From Cycas panzhihuaensis (Eukaryota > Plantae > Cycadophyta), in NCBI GenBank assembly GCA_023213395.1, contig CM041465.1, positions 201,073,741-201,137,740 of the forward strand: DNA of 64,000 nt, written 5' to 3'. Below are positions 26,572-39,218 of the stretch, piece after piece. A model generated the notes under the pieces. That model did no database searches. It was not told the DNA's origin and saw only the letters and a program-made list of their open reading frames with translations. Within the stretch, counting starts at the first letter, position 1, and every line of letters starts with the position of its first letter. The position numbers and the translations under genes are program-made.

Positions 26572-27165
26572 AGCCTTTACTTCTAAAAGTTCTACTTCCC
26601 ATCTACTTTTTAGATAATTTTCTTTAAAAAGTAATTCTCAATCCTTCAAACAGTTTTCAAGCCAATGATGATCAACTAACTTTATTCCCATTTATTTAGC
26701 AACCATGTACTTGTTACCTTTAGGCTTGTAACAAATGAGATGTGTTACTTCACTTATAATCAATGGCTTTATAAATTGCGTTCCCATTATTTCAACCATT
26801 CTCATAATATCACAATGGTTTTGACCTTAATACCTAGTTAAGTAAATTCATAAGGATGCACTACCTAGAATGTCCATCATATTTCTTACAGGTTTATATA
26901 ATATCTTATCAGTATATGTAAGTATTCTACTTGATAAACTATCAACAATCCATAAGTATATAACCAATACCTTTCCATCCTTCCTAGGCATAGCACAAGT
27001 AGGATTATAATATGATAACCAGTAAATAATGACATAAGCATAACCTGCATCATATCGTCTTGTATTGAATGTCCCATTATACACAAACTCTATTACATAT
27101 TCATTGTATGTAGTAGGTTCAAATCCTACTAATATAAATCTTACTTCATGAAATAATAGTCCCAT
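26572..27165 (-). pseudogene. Uninterrupted copy of the N-terminal tandem BRCT region of a plant BRCT-domain protein (At4g02110-like)
   Basis: MGLLFHEVRFILVGFEP...YNPTCAMPRKDGKVLV...ILYKPVRNMMDILGSASL*IYLTRY*GQNHCDIMRMVEIMGTQFIKPLIISEVTHLICYKPKGNKYMVAK*MGIKLVDHHWLENCLKD*ELL; collinear with the remembered At4g02110 N-terminus; 4 in-frame stops. Confidence 0.88.
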
Positions 27166-27689
27166 TTTCTTGCCTTGTTTATTAGTATCTTATTAGTATT
27201 ATATAATATAATAGAGATAATATATGTAGAAACTTTAGGGGAATAAGTAGACTAATAGCCAACCTTACAGTTACAAGAGACAAGAGGATGATAATATGAT
27301 AATAACTTGTAATTAATCATCTTCTTATATTATGTTGTAGTCCATGAAATTACAATAATGTGTTAATTATGTTAATAATTTATATCTTTGTAAGATGATA
27401 ATATAGATTCCCCTCTTACAAAGTGTATAAAATCTTATAATTTGTTGTAACAAATAGGGTTCTAATTAACTAGAAACTAAAAAATTTTAAATGACTTAGA
27501 ATATTATTAGTTGGTGTCTTATGACTTGAATTGCTTGATATGTGAAGATAAATTGAAGATTTGATGTATCAATAATATATACTCTTATTGAAATAATGTT
27601 TTAAAAACCATAAATATTCACACGATTAGTTATTTATATTATAATGCACTTTTATAGCATGTATTATGTAATATATAAATAATGCAGGA

Positions 27690-28130
27690 AGAATTAAGGT
27701 GGCGAACAGAGGAGAAAATGAATCAATAGAATAGAGAATGAATGATGGAAATCAATAGACCAGGGAAATGGTAGATGATAGAGAGGATGCAGAAGATGAG
27801 GGAGATGATGATGGAGAGGATGGATAGAATGAATGAGAATGGACAGATAGGAATGTAGGTGCAAAGGACCAAGCAAAAATAGATAGATAGGGATAAAGGG
27901 TAAATGGAACATAGGGATGAATGAAGCAATAGAGTGATGGGTAATGGACAATGGATGACCACTGAGAAATGGAGAGATGGACAACCTATAGAAAGAAGAA
28001 CAAGATAGTGATTTAAGTGAAGACAACAGTAAAATAGTGAAAAATAGATAGATTAAAGATGAATGACTTGGACAAGGGAGGACGTTAGATAGATAAAGGC
28101 AACAAATGGATAGTAAGTGAGTGAGTAAGT
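27690..28130. repeat. Purine-rich (GATG/GAATG) low-complexity tract in the element leader
   Basis: Strong strand-biased composition; produces spurious H/L/S-rich ORFs. Confidence 0.8.
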
Positions 28131-29410
28131 ATCTAAATGCATGCAGATATATGATATATTTTTTACACCTTTATTTCTTATTGCATAGATGTTTATATAA
28201 CCTTGGATTAAGGATATTTCCTTGAATGACGTTAATATTTTATAATTTAAGAGGAATGAATTGAAATGGATAGAATAACAATTACAATCACAGTTGAGTA
28301 ATGAATGTAGTAGAAACAATTGATATCTACTAAATATAGAGGCCACTATCAAAGAATCAACATTTATGATCTACAAATGTAACCAATGTTTCTAAGGATA
28401 GTCATGGTTGAATAAACAAATAATATATAATAAATTAATAAATGAGGTAATGAATATCTTGTGGATTTATTTATGTATATGAATGATGCTTTAAATTTCT
28501 ATTCTCACATTATTGTTGCATTCTTCCTCTTAGTCCTAGTAGTGAATCTCTATTGTGTTTTCTTCTTCTAATGATTAAGTAAGAATCAATGGCAGTTTCA
28601 AGATAATGATTATAAATGTTTTAAGTTGGAGGATTATTTGCTCTGATACCACTTGTTATGGACCTTTTCTATAACTGGAGGCAGATACTAAGCTTCAAAG
28701 AATAATCAAGAGCACACACACATGCTTTAAGATATATTAATAGTCAATTAACCAAATAAGTAATTAATAAAAGAATAAGTGATGTCTTACAATATACTTG
28801 AGGCCATATTTATATGTGTATAATAGGCCCCTTCACATAAAAGGTTGTAATTATTCAAGAGGCACCCCTTCATTTAATATTCAATTAATTAACCTTAAGG
28901 AGGTTCATAACATTAAGACATGCCATTTCCACCTAGCATTAATGATGGTATGGTAGAGAAAACATTATAAATAATTAACAAAAGAGAAGAAAAAAACACT
29001 AATGAGAATTACAAGAGACACTAAAAATTACTAATAGAGAACATTCATAGGGACTCTTACAATTCTATAGGGTTTTTATAAGTGAACTTGATAGAGAAAA
29101 AAGAGACTTGTAGACTAGAAGTACTCTTTAGATTATTGAATAGTTAGATTGCTATTGGTGAGTATTATTTAGACTTATGTAAAGTGAATTCCAGACTATA
29201 ATTATAATTTATCTTATGGGATATAATTGCATAATATTGGTAAGCCATATTTGACCTATGCAAGGCATGATTGATATATGTGAGGATCTTATGATTGAAT
29301 TACACATATAATCTCATTGGACTGTATTGTTGGGTGCAAAATTATCTTTAGAAATAGGATGTGGAGTCAATGATTCTTTATGGTTTGTTATTTTTTAATA
29401 TCAATAATAT

Positions 29411-29662
29411 TTAAGTTAGTTCCTCTTCTTAATACAAAGAAGTTGAGTTGGTCTCTCCCCTTGCTATTATTATTTGATATTAGAGATGTTAAGTTAGTTG
29501 CTCCCCTTAATGTAAGAAAGTTGAGTTGGTTGCTTCCATTATTGTTATTATTTGATATCAAGGATGTTGAGTTAGTTGCTCCTCTTGATTAAAAGAAGTT
29601 GATTTGGTTGCTCTCTTTGTTAATTGATTTGGTTCAAGCATGTTGAGCTAGTTGCTTCCCTT
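29411..29662. repeat. 78-bp tandem repeat, ~3.2 copies
   Basis: Unit TTAGTTGCTCCCCTTAATGTAAGAAAGTTGAGTTGG...GATGTTGAG; 26-aa periodicity in ORF 29380-29592. Confidence 0.85.
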
Positions 29663-30522
29663 ATATATGGTGCAATAAGATAGTCCATTGAGATTATGTT
29701 TATAAAGATCCATAGGTGAATTATTATTATTGGTCTTATCTTAGTAAATAAGTAAGTTGTGCATGGAAACAAGTCTTATCAATAGAGTATGATGAGTGAT
29801 TAATGAGACAACTTATGTAAGGGATTGAACAATTACAATAGTGGATGTTCATAATAGAATTATCTAAGATAGCATATGAGTGCATTGGTTCATGTTTACA
29901 ACAACAACCTTGAGGTTTCATAGGTATATAATAATGATCTTTATAGTAATAGACTTTGAGACATCCATTGATAGGATAGTTTGGGGGGATTTTTATGTGA
30001 TTTGAGCAAACCACCGATACTCTAGCTTTCAAATGATTTGTTCTAGCTTAAGGACATATTCCTTGCTAGTTTCTAGAGGTTGGGAGGTAAATCCTTTAAT
30101 TGCAATCTAATTAGTTTATCATATTTCATGCTACATTTTAGGTGCACTCTTACCATGGTGTTTGATATGTTATAATATGAAATTATTATCTTTGCATGGA
30201 TAATTAGCTTTCATGTATTGTTGCTCTTACATAATCGGTCAACTTCATTTATTAGCAATATTTATAGGAATTTTAGATGACGAAATGATCATATTATTTG
30301 ATTAATAAATAACTATATGACTTGGGTTTGAAAGCATCCTTGGGTAATTCTATTTTGTTATATAATACTCTTGCATTTGCCTTCACAAATCTAATACTTT
30401 TTATTATTTCATGGTTAGGTGTTAATCTTTGTTAAAGAAATCCTTGTGTATTATTATTATGTCTTAATTTATTTATAAGTGAAGCTTATCAAGGTAAGGG
30501 TTTATTAAGGAAAAGATAAAAT

Positions 30523-30549
30523 TGGGGCCCTTACAACAGACATCAGAGA
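30523..30549 (+). other. Probable end of a long gypsy-type LTR followed by a decayed PBS
   Basis: TGGGGCCCTTACA then ACAGACATCAGAGA; LTR start and partner LTR not identified. Confidence 0.45.
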
Positions 30550-32151
30550 GACTTGGTCCTTTACATTTGTTACCAATGTTATCTTGGTGACCTTAAACTC
30601 TTACACATGATCATGCTCATTTACACAGATCTAAATTCCAATGCCATATGATAAAGATATAGCTAGAAATATAAAAACGTAAAGTGGAAGCCTTACTTTT
30701 CAAATCATCTACACTTACTCATTAAATTAGCCATTATATGATAAGGGCATATGCCAACCTCTATAAAGATGTATGAATTTAAGAAATTTATATAGTTTAA
30801 AAAATAAAGGTCATATGGAAAAATTATGAATGAAATAATAGAGGTGTATTATTAATAAATAATATATTAAAACTAAAAATGCACTTGCAAATTTGTGATC
30901 AAGTTATACATATTAAATTGAGTGCCAATTATTGAGAGAATGAGTCTATGTAACCACTTGTCTTATTCGTATATGAGTTGAGATTACATTAGTTTAGATA
31001 GATCATAAATTTAACATTATCTAAGTGAGATATTGGTAAAAATGTGATAGTATGTCATGAAAAATTAAGTATGAGAATGAAATCAAGTTAAGCTCCTTCG
31101 TTTATATGGGTCGTGGTCACATTTAATGACTATAAGACCATAAGCTATACATTGGGATCTAAAAGGGTCAAATGCTAAGCTTTATAGATTTTTATTTAAT
31201 ATGATATGAACATTAGATTTTTTTTTTTTTACATCATAATTTTTCATCACCTGTAAACTTTGTTTGAAAGTGACTAGAAATGCATTAACCAATGAGATTG
31301 TAATTGATTGGGTGTAATATTTCTAATAGGTGAAGTTTGAAGTAGATTCTAATTCATGGATCTATAGATCCTAGTAAAAAAAAAAAACACAATAAATTAA
31401 GTGATTTTAGCATGTATAGGATGTCATTCTAGTCATGGAAATGCACCAAATGACGTGTATATTGCATAATTTTAAGTGATACAATCAATGTGCATATGGA
31501 ATTTTAAGCTAAAATCAATGGTAGGGATCTATAGATTAGTAAATTGTGTGATTATAATGAGAATAATAAACATTTCATCATAAGTTTAATCATGGAAGGC
31601 CTCACAGGCTTAAACCACTATTAAGTGATTAATGAGTGATAGATCTCAGGTATAGGGACTACAATGGGAAAGATCCTAGCTAAAAAACCCTATAACATAA
31701 CAAAATAATGATTCAACTAATCACATGAAATATACAAGGTCATGTGTTAATCAAATGAGAGCTAACAAAGTCATTTAAAATAGAATTGTTACCCATTAAT
31801 AAAGGGTTAGATTGAGGTAAGGGATTTATAAATGATATAATCATTTTTTGAGATAGATAAGAAAATTAGTGTAAAATTAATATAATCTTATAAATAAAAC
31901 CAAATAACAACTACTAAATGTAAAATAAAACCAATGGTTTGAGTATAAAACAATAGAAATTAGAGTGAAATAGACTGAAAAAAATGGAATAGGGTATAAA
32001 ATAGTGTTTACATGGGTCATTTTATGGATGAGGGTTTTATTTATATTTTTAGAGATGGGAGACTCAAGTGAGTGGAAGCCTATAAATAGAACCTTAGAAT
32101 AGTAATTTGGATCATAAAATTTAATGTTTTAAATGTAAGACATAAGTAAAC

Positions 32152-35100
32152 TATTAAAATATATGAATTATTCACATATGTAATATTTAATGTTAATGTG
32201 ATTGACATGTACATAATCCCACCAATCACATACATTGAGAGATATGATAGACATATATATCCATGTAAAGATACTATTAGATGATGTAACAATGAAAGAG
32301 AAATAATAGGCTATTCATGAGATAACTTTTTTTATAAATATATGGAGACACCACTTGAGAACTTGAGAAAGGAGATGTACTCATTCTGATCATAAAAATG
32401 AGCTCTCAACTCTACCTTCTCCCATGGTTTTTCCTACACTAGGTTTTCCATTTATAAATCTACTCTCTTATGTTGAATGCTTATGAAACTTATTGATACA
32501 TGTTTCTATTTCTATTATGTTTATCCTTTATATGTATATATATACTCATAAGATTATTTAGTCATTATATATGCATACTATATTCTACTATATTATACTC
32601 TAAATTTTAATTTGATATTAGAATCAATTTACATTGGTATTAGAGTCGTAATTATGAATTCTAACATGGTATCAGAGCCATTATGTTGTGAAAGATATTG
32701 GGCAATAGGAAGAAGTCTATATAGAGCTGATTATTGAGCCAGTAAAAGAGCTAATATGAGCCAGTGATAGAGTTAGAATGTGAGCTAGTATAGGATCTAG
32801 TTATGAGGTGAATTTATTAAGGCATAAATTTGAATATGCTAGACTTATACCAGTGACACATGATTAATATCCAGGGGCCAGGTCAAGATGAATGAGACGA
32901 ATGAATTGCATGATGATAAAATAGATATTGATGGTATATTGATTTAAATTTATTATAGATATTTATTATGCTTGTAATTAACATATTCATAAAACATACA
33001 TGTGTATTTGAAGTTCATCTGTAAGAGATTACTTAAGTAGGATTGATCACCTTTTGAAAGTAATACATCAGAGAAGTTCATCATTAATTACTGAAGGATT
33101 TTGTAAGTATCCTTCTAAAGAATTCACTATTATTAATGAAACATTTTAAAGTTTTTTCAAGCATCTCATAATAAAGATTCACTACTAGAATGAAGTAAAT
33201 ATCCTATAAGTGAAATAGGAAATAGGCAACATGCTTATACACTATGATGAGTGACAAATAGAGACAAGTATCAAGTGTGAAAAGTAATATGTTCAACAAG
33301 TTATGAAAGGTATGTGTCACATGTTAATAAGAGTTAATTTGATGGTATTATTAAAAAGGGCAACATATTTAAATAGTTAAATATGTATATGAGCTAAAAA
33401 TAGGCATGATAAAATCTTATGTTGGTATGAGATGAGACATCATTATTATTAAAGCGCATATTATAGTTTAATAGTCTAATAAATATTAAGGGCACATTAT
33501 TGGTGATTGATTTGTTAATACAATAAAGTACATGAGTGTGTGGGTATATTACAATTTTTTTTAGAATTAAATGGTTCTATAATATTAGTGTCAATATTTT
33601 AAAGGCTTGTGAACATTATCGGTATATATGTATAAGGTTATTAATATAAAAACTAATGTGATTGTGAAAGTGATAAAGTGATGTTTCAACATAATTCATC
33701 TTCTACTTTGAATTATAATGTGAGAGAGATTATTTATAAATTTAATCTTAAATACACCTAAATTAAATCTTTCTACATAGCCATATATAAAGAAGTAATA
33801 AACTTGCATGCTCATTCATCATAGAGGCTCAAACCACCATCACAAGCCCGAACATGAAGAATGTATAGTAAAGAAAGGTTAGCCTACCACCCTCTATGAA
33901 AATGCCTCACAAAGAATAAACACCCTAATAAGGATGTAGAAAATACAAAGTCAGTTGTACACTCAACATTGTAATGGAGAACCTCCATGCTTACATAACA
34001 GTTGTTTCCCATATGCTAAAGAAAAGCATATATGACATGTAAAGAAGAAAGTAGTATATAGAGAACTGAGATAGCAACCTATTGATTTAATTAGTGGAAG
34101 CCATCAAATAGCTACCCACACACACCCATAGAAGAACAAACAAGATGAAGGGAAGTCACTTTATATGAGGCACGAAGATATAGAAATCCTATGACCGTAT
34201 GTAGAGATCACTAAAAGCATACAAAATCTTCACTCTAAATTATTCAAACTACTTATAGTTGAATGTTTAATTACCCATGAAGCTCATGAAATAGATGATC
34301 ATGCCTACACAAGGAGAAAATTTTGCTCATCTACTAAAAATCACATAGAGGATAAATTTTATCACTTAGAGTTCACATTAATTTAAAAGATGATTATAGC
34401 ATGATGAATTACATGATGAATTTTCATAGAGCTATAATTTTTTTCAAACTATAAAAAAAATTATAGGTGACTTTTTAAATTAAATTATATTTGATAATAT
34501 TTTAAAATCTATAGCCCCCTTGATTATTGGTAGGTGGTTACATGGAGAAGTCACATGATTAAGGGCTTGTTGGTAAAGGGGGTAGACTCTAAAAGGATTA
34601 AACCAAATTGGATAATTTTTATAATTATAAAATTCATAAATCAAATTAAATTTTATTTGAAATTTAAAAATTAAACTTTTTAAGAATCGTGCATTTTTTT
34701 AAGACATAGGTATATTTGTTACCATAACTTTTCACTAAAATATTATAATCAGGCAGTATTAGTTCCATTGAAAAGAAAACTTTGAGATGGTTGAAATGAG
34801 TGGTTGTATAACATATTTTAGATAGTAGATGATAGAGATATTAATGGGTAAAGTTGATGAAAATACTCTTAACCTCATCAATGTTATATTCTATGACCTT
34901 TCTAAAAAAAACTAATAATAAATATTTTGATATTTTCAAAAGCTCCAAATATGAAGGTGAAGTTATTTTTTATTAATAAAGAAAGAAAACAAAAAGTTAA
35001 AAATTAAATAATTTATAATTTATTTATGATATTTAAAGGCTCAATATAGTTGAAAAAATCATGAAATGGGACTATATTAGATGAATTATCAATATGGGAG

Positions 35101-36757
35101 TTTCTTGATGTGTTAGATATGAAAATCCCCCTTGGAAATTTAATCAATTAGTTTAGTAACAAGATCCACTAGTCAAATGAAATATCACCTATATATTGAT
35201 GACAAATAATAAATGATGATATATGTTTGATGAAGATGCCATTACTTAATTTTAATAAAGGACTTAATTTGATTATTTATTTGATAGAGAGATAAGAAGT
35301 TATTGAATATTCCACTTATTTATGGGACAAGGAGAGAAATCTCATATGTTAGTTACTTAACAAACTAATTAACTATTAATGTTATCCAACTAATAATTAA
35401 TTGTAGAGATTATCCAACTGGAAGATGAAAGTGTTTATCAGTGAGAAATTTGACTAGTCATGTATGACAAGAGGTATAGAAACACATTGATAATGTTACC
35501 TTATTACATCTAACTTGTCTTAGCAAAGTAGTTAAACTTATTCTTAGAGTTAGTATATTTTGAGTTATTGATTTAATGATATTGTTAAATGATTGCCAAA
35601 AGAAAGTTGTAGAAGTGTGTAAGTAAGGAAGTGCATAAAAGAAATCTTATTTATAAGATATAAGGTTTCATAAGCTATTCTTACACAACACACTTGATTT
35701 TGTTGTTCTAACTCATATGCAAGAGGTGAGCTTATGCTACTCATGTAATAAACTTTTTAAAAGTTAATAAACCATGTATCCAAAATAATTATCTAGAAAA
35801 CTAGCACTTATAGAAACTAGTTACCTATATATTTCGATAGATGGTTATTATTTTATATGGACTTAATAATCAATTTATTTACTAATTGTTGATGAATGAT
35901 TGATAATGATTAACAATAACTTTACAAGTAAAGATATAAAAATATTTAGGAAATGCTTCATATATTGGTGATATTAATGTTAATGGATGATGAATGACAG
36001 TTGATATTTATAGGTCAGATATCCATAGTTAGTCATTGATGATCATAAATAACTATGTATACGTTTATATATAGGTATACAAGTTAATGGTTACAGGAGA
36101 TAAGAATATGCATGATATGATGATTTACTCACCTAATACAGATATTAGTATAAGTTATAAGATCTAATAGACAATAAAGTTAAAAAATTAAAGAAATAAA
36201 GATTTAAAGATATTAGATATTAAGGGGGAATACAAGAATATATGAATTATTTACATATATAATGTTTAATATTAATGTGATGAATGCATACACATTCTCA
36301 CCAATCACATATATTGAGAGATATAAAGGGCACACATATCTATGTAAAGATGCTATTAGATGATGTAATAACTAAAGAGAAATAACAGGCTACCCATGAG
36401 ATGACTATTGTTATAAATATATACAAACACCACTTGAGAACTTGAGAAAAGAGATATACTTATTTTGATCATAAAAAAGGCCTTCAAACTCTATCTTCTT
36501 CTATGGTTTTTTCCACACTGGGTTTTTTATGTATAAATCTATTATCTCTCTTATAGTGAGTGCTTTTTATACTTATTGATGAATGTCTCTATTTCTATTA
36601 TGTTTATCCTCTATATATGTATATATACTCTTGAGATTATTCAGCCATTATATATGCATGTTATATTCCACTATGTTACAATCTAAATTCTAATTTAATA
36701 TTAGAGTTAATTTATATTTCTAATATAGTATTAAATTTGCAATTATATATTCTAACA
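32152..36757 (+). mobile_element. Non-autonomous copia-like LTR element (4.6 kb)
   Basis: LTRs 32152-32666 and 36231-36757; perfect TSD TAAAC; PBS TGGTATCAGAGC at 32667; PPT AAGGGGGAA; only traces of gag (NWKMKV near 35416). Confidence 0.9.
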
Positions 36758-38725
36758 TAAACAACATAAAAATGAAGAAAACATGGTGATAAATAAATTA
36801 TTTACTTATGATTTTCATTTATGATGGTTTATAAATGGGGACTTTATGGTTGTTTTATAACTTCTTTTTTCTTATTCTTTAAATATTAAGGTTTGATCAT
36901 GGATCTGTCTACTAGTTTATATAAAATTCAAGACACTTCCAAAAGGGGCCTAATAGAGTGTTTATGCTTTTTAAATTTAGTTATTGGTTTTAGGTATTCT
37001 TCATAAGGTGAAATAGGGATAAGAGAGACAATATAAAAAAGGAGATGAAATAGGTAAAGGAACAAGTGAGTTCACATCAAGTTTATAAAACATTTTCACT
37101 TGGGAATGGGTCCCTAAGGGAGACCTCAAGTTGAAGGGATCTTATAAACTATAAGAGCATAACTAATTCCTATAAGAGATATGTATTCATATGTATGTGA
37201 AAGTAAAACTACATTTAGAGAGAAAATATTATTTAACTCATACATATACAATTTTTATTCTTTTCTTTTGCTAAAAAATAATGAAATAAGATGTAGGTGT
37301 TGAATGTAATATCTAATTACATGATTAACACCATTTACACTCTCTCATATATTATTGTATTTTATATTAAATGTCACTTTGAGTTGTGTGCCACATTGAA
37401 ATATATAACAACACAGAATAGTTGACCATTAAGGGTTCTCTCACACACAGTGAGTTGTTATATAAGTATATACATCATCACTCTAATAATTTAAAATTTG
37501 ATCATTCTTCTTAATTCTTATTGTACTTAACCTTATACATACTTTATTATTTTGTGCTTTATTTCATTATTCTTTCACACTATACTTTGTTTATTATTAT
37601 GTCCACATTACATGCTTTCATATTATTCTAACATTTGGTATTAGAGCCTAAGGTTTAATCATTAAGGAAAAAGGGTTTTAGAATCTAGTTTGCCATCTTT
37701 TAGAGCCATTTGAATGTTATTTTTAGGTACTTTTTAGCGCCTATTTTTAACCTTTCAAAATATCATTCTTTGAAGAGATTTTTCAAGTTTTTAAGAGCTA
37801 TTTTATCATATATTTATTAAATATTTTTAGGAATATTATTTCATAAGATTCCTAAAGTTTTTAAGAAGTTGTTTTATGATATCTTTACTAATATTTTTTG
37901 AAACTATTTTGAAGCAAGTTAAAGATACTAAAAATATTATTATTGAAGTTGTAGCAAAAGAATTTTATGATAAAAATGAAGGCAGTTTTTATATGTTAAA
38001 AGAGTGTTTTGTGGCCTAATTTTTAATGCATCTGGCTAGTTAAAAAATTAACATGCAAGTTCTCATTTGGTCACAAATCAAGTATTATAAAACTATTATT
38101 TTAGAGAAAAAATAGAAGAAGATTAGTTACTCATGTAGGCCTAATTACCCTACAGCTATAACAAAGCATGTTATTAAAAGGAGTAAGGAAAATACAAAAA
38201 AGATGCTCTATACCTATTTGAAGCTATATTTCTACTAGATAATGCATTGTTAAAGCTACTTTAAAATCTTTTAAGGGCTCAAGTAAATTAAAAAAAAAAA
38301 AAGAGAAATATGTAAAGTTTTATTGTTGAAGGGCTTGTTAATGTGAAATGTGTTATAATTTGTTAAGTAGATATGTTTCAACAAGTTTTGCTTCATAACC
38401 TTTCTTTTGTTGTGATACATTTCATGCATAGGGAAACTATTTTTCTTAATATTATTATAGAACTACTAAAAACTCTCTAAAGTCCACTTATTAACAAAAA
38501 ATCAGTAAAAAGTTGGTGTTTATAGTTTATCTTTTCATTATTTAGTATTTGTCCATGAATGTAATAACACCTAGATCATCACTCAACATATCATTAAAGC
38601 AACATCACATATTGATTTATATGTCCATCTACCATACATGATCTCTTCCTAAATTAAAGTAAAATTATCAATCTTTGTAGGACTCCAGAGAGTAAATTAT
38701 CCCTAGAAATATTATAATCTTTTAA

Positions 38726-38727
<2 letters not shown>

Positions 38728-38781
<54 letters not shown>
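38728..38781. repeat. (AT)27 microsatellite
   Basis: Direct reading. Confidence 0.95.
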
Positions 38782-38783
<2 letters not shown>

Positions 38784-39110
38784 AAGGTAGATATAGTGGA
38801 AGGAAACCAATTATAATTAATTTAAATTATTGCCTCAAATCTCATATCCTTCAGTGTGAGGTTAGATTAGTGGTAGAAATGAAGGTCATAGTTTAATCTA
38901 CAAACAAAGGTATATTATAAGGAATATCCATGTCACTGGGCCATATAATGGAACATGCAGTATATTTGAGTAGAGATAGTACTAGAAGAACATAAAACCT
39001 CATAGTAGTATTGGTGATATAAGAAGTGTATAGTAATGTAGTGTAGATAATAAAAATGTAGATGAGATAAAGCAACCACCATTGTGATGATAAAACCAAA
39101 GGTAATAATC

Positions 39111-39218
39111 ATGTGTATGTGTGTATGTATGTGTGTGTGTGTGTATGTGTGTGTATGTATATATGTATATATAAATATGTATATGTGTGTGTGTGTGTAT
39201 GTGTGTATATACATGTAT
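39111..39218. repeat. Compound (TG)n/(TA)n microsatellite
   Basis: Direct reading. Confidence 0.92.

Larger units (their letters stand above)
25008..28912 (-). mobile_element. Non-autonomous gypsy-derived LTR element (3.9 kb) carrying a captured BRCT gene
   Basis: 259-bp LTRs 25008-25266 and 28654-28912; perfect TSD TTAAG; perfect PBS complement GCTCTGATACCA at 28640-28651; PPT complement at 25267-25279; no gag or RT recognisable. Confidence 0.92.

Noticed and set aside
27694-28352. His/Leu/Ser-rich ORFs
   Set aside because: Products of low-complexity leader sequence with no recognisable domain
33780-34330. Possible third captured gene inside 32152-36757
   Set aside because: Composition looks distinct, but the manual translations I tried gave no recognisable protein; needs BLASTX
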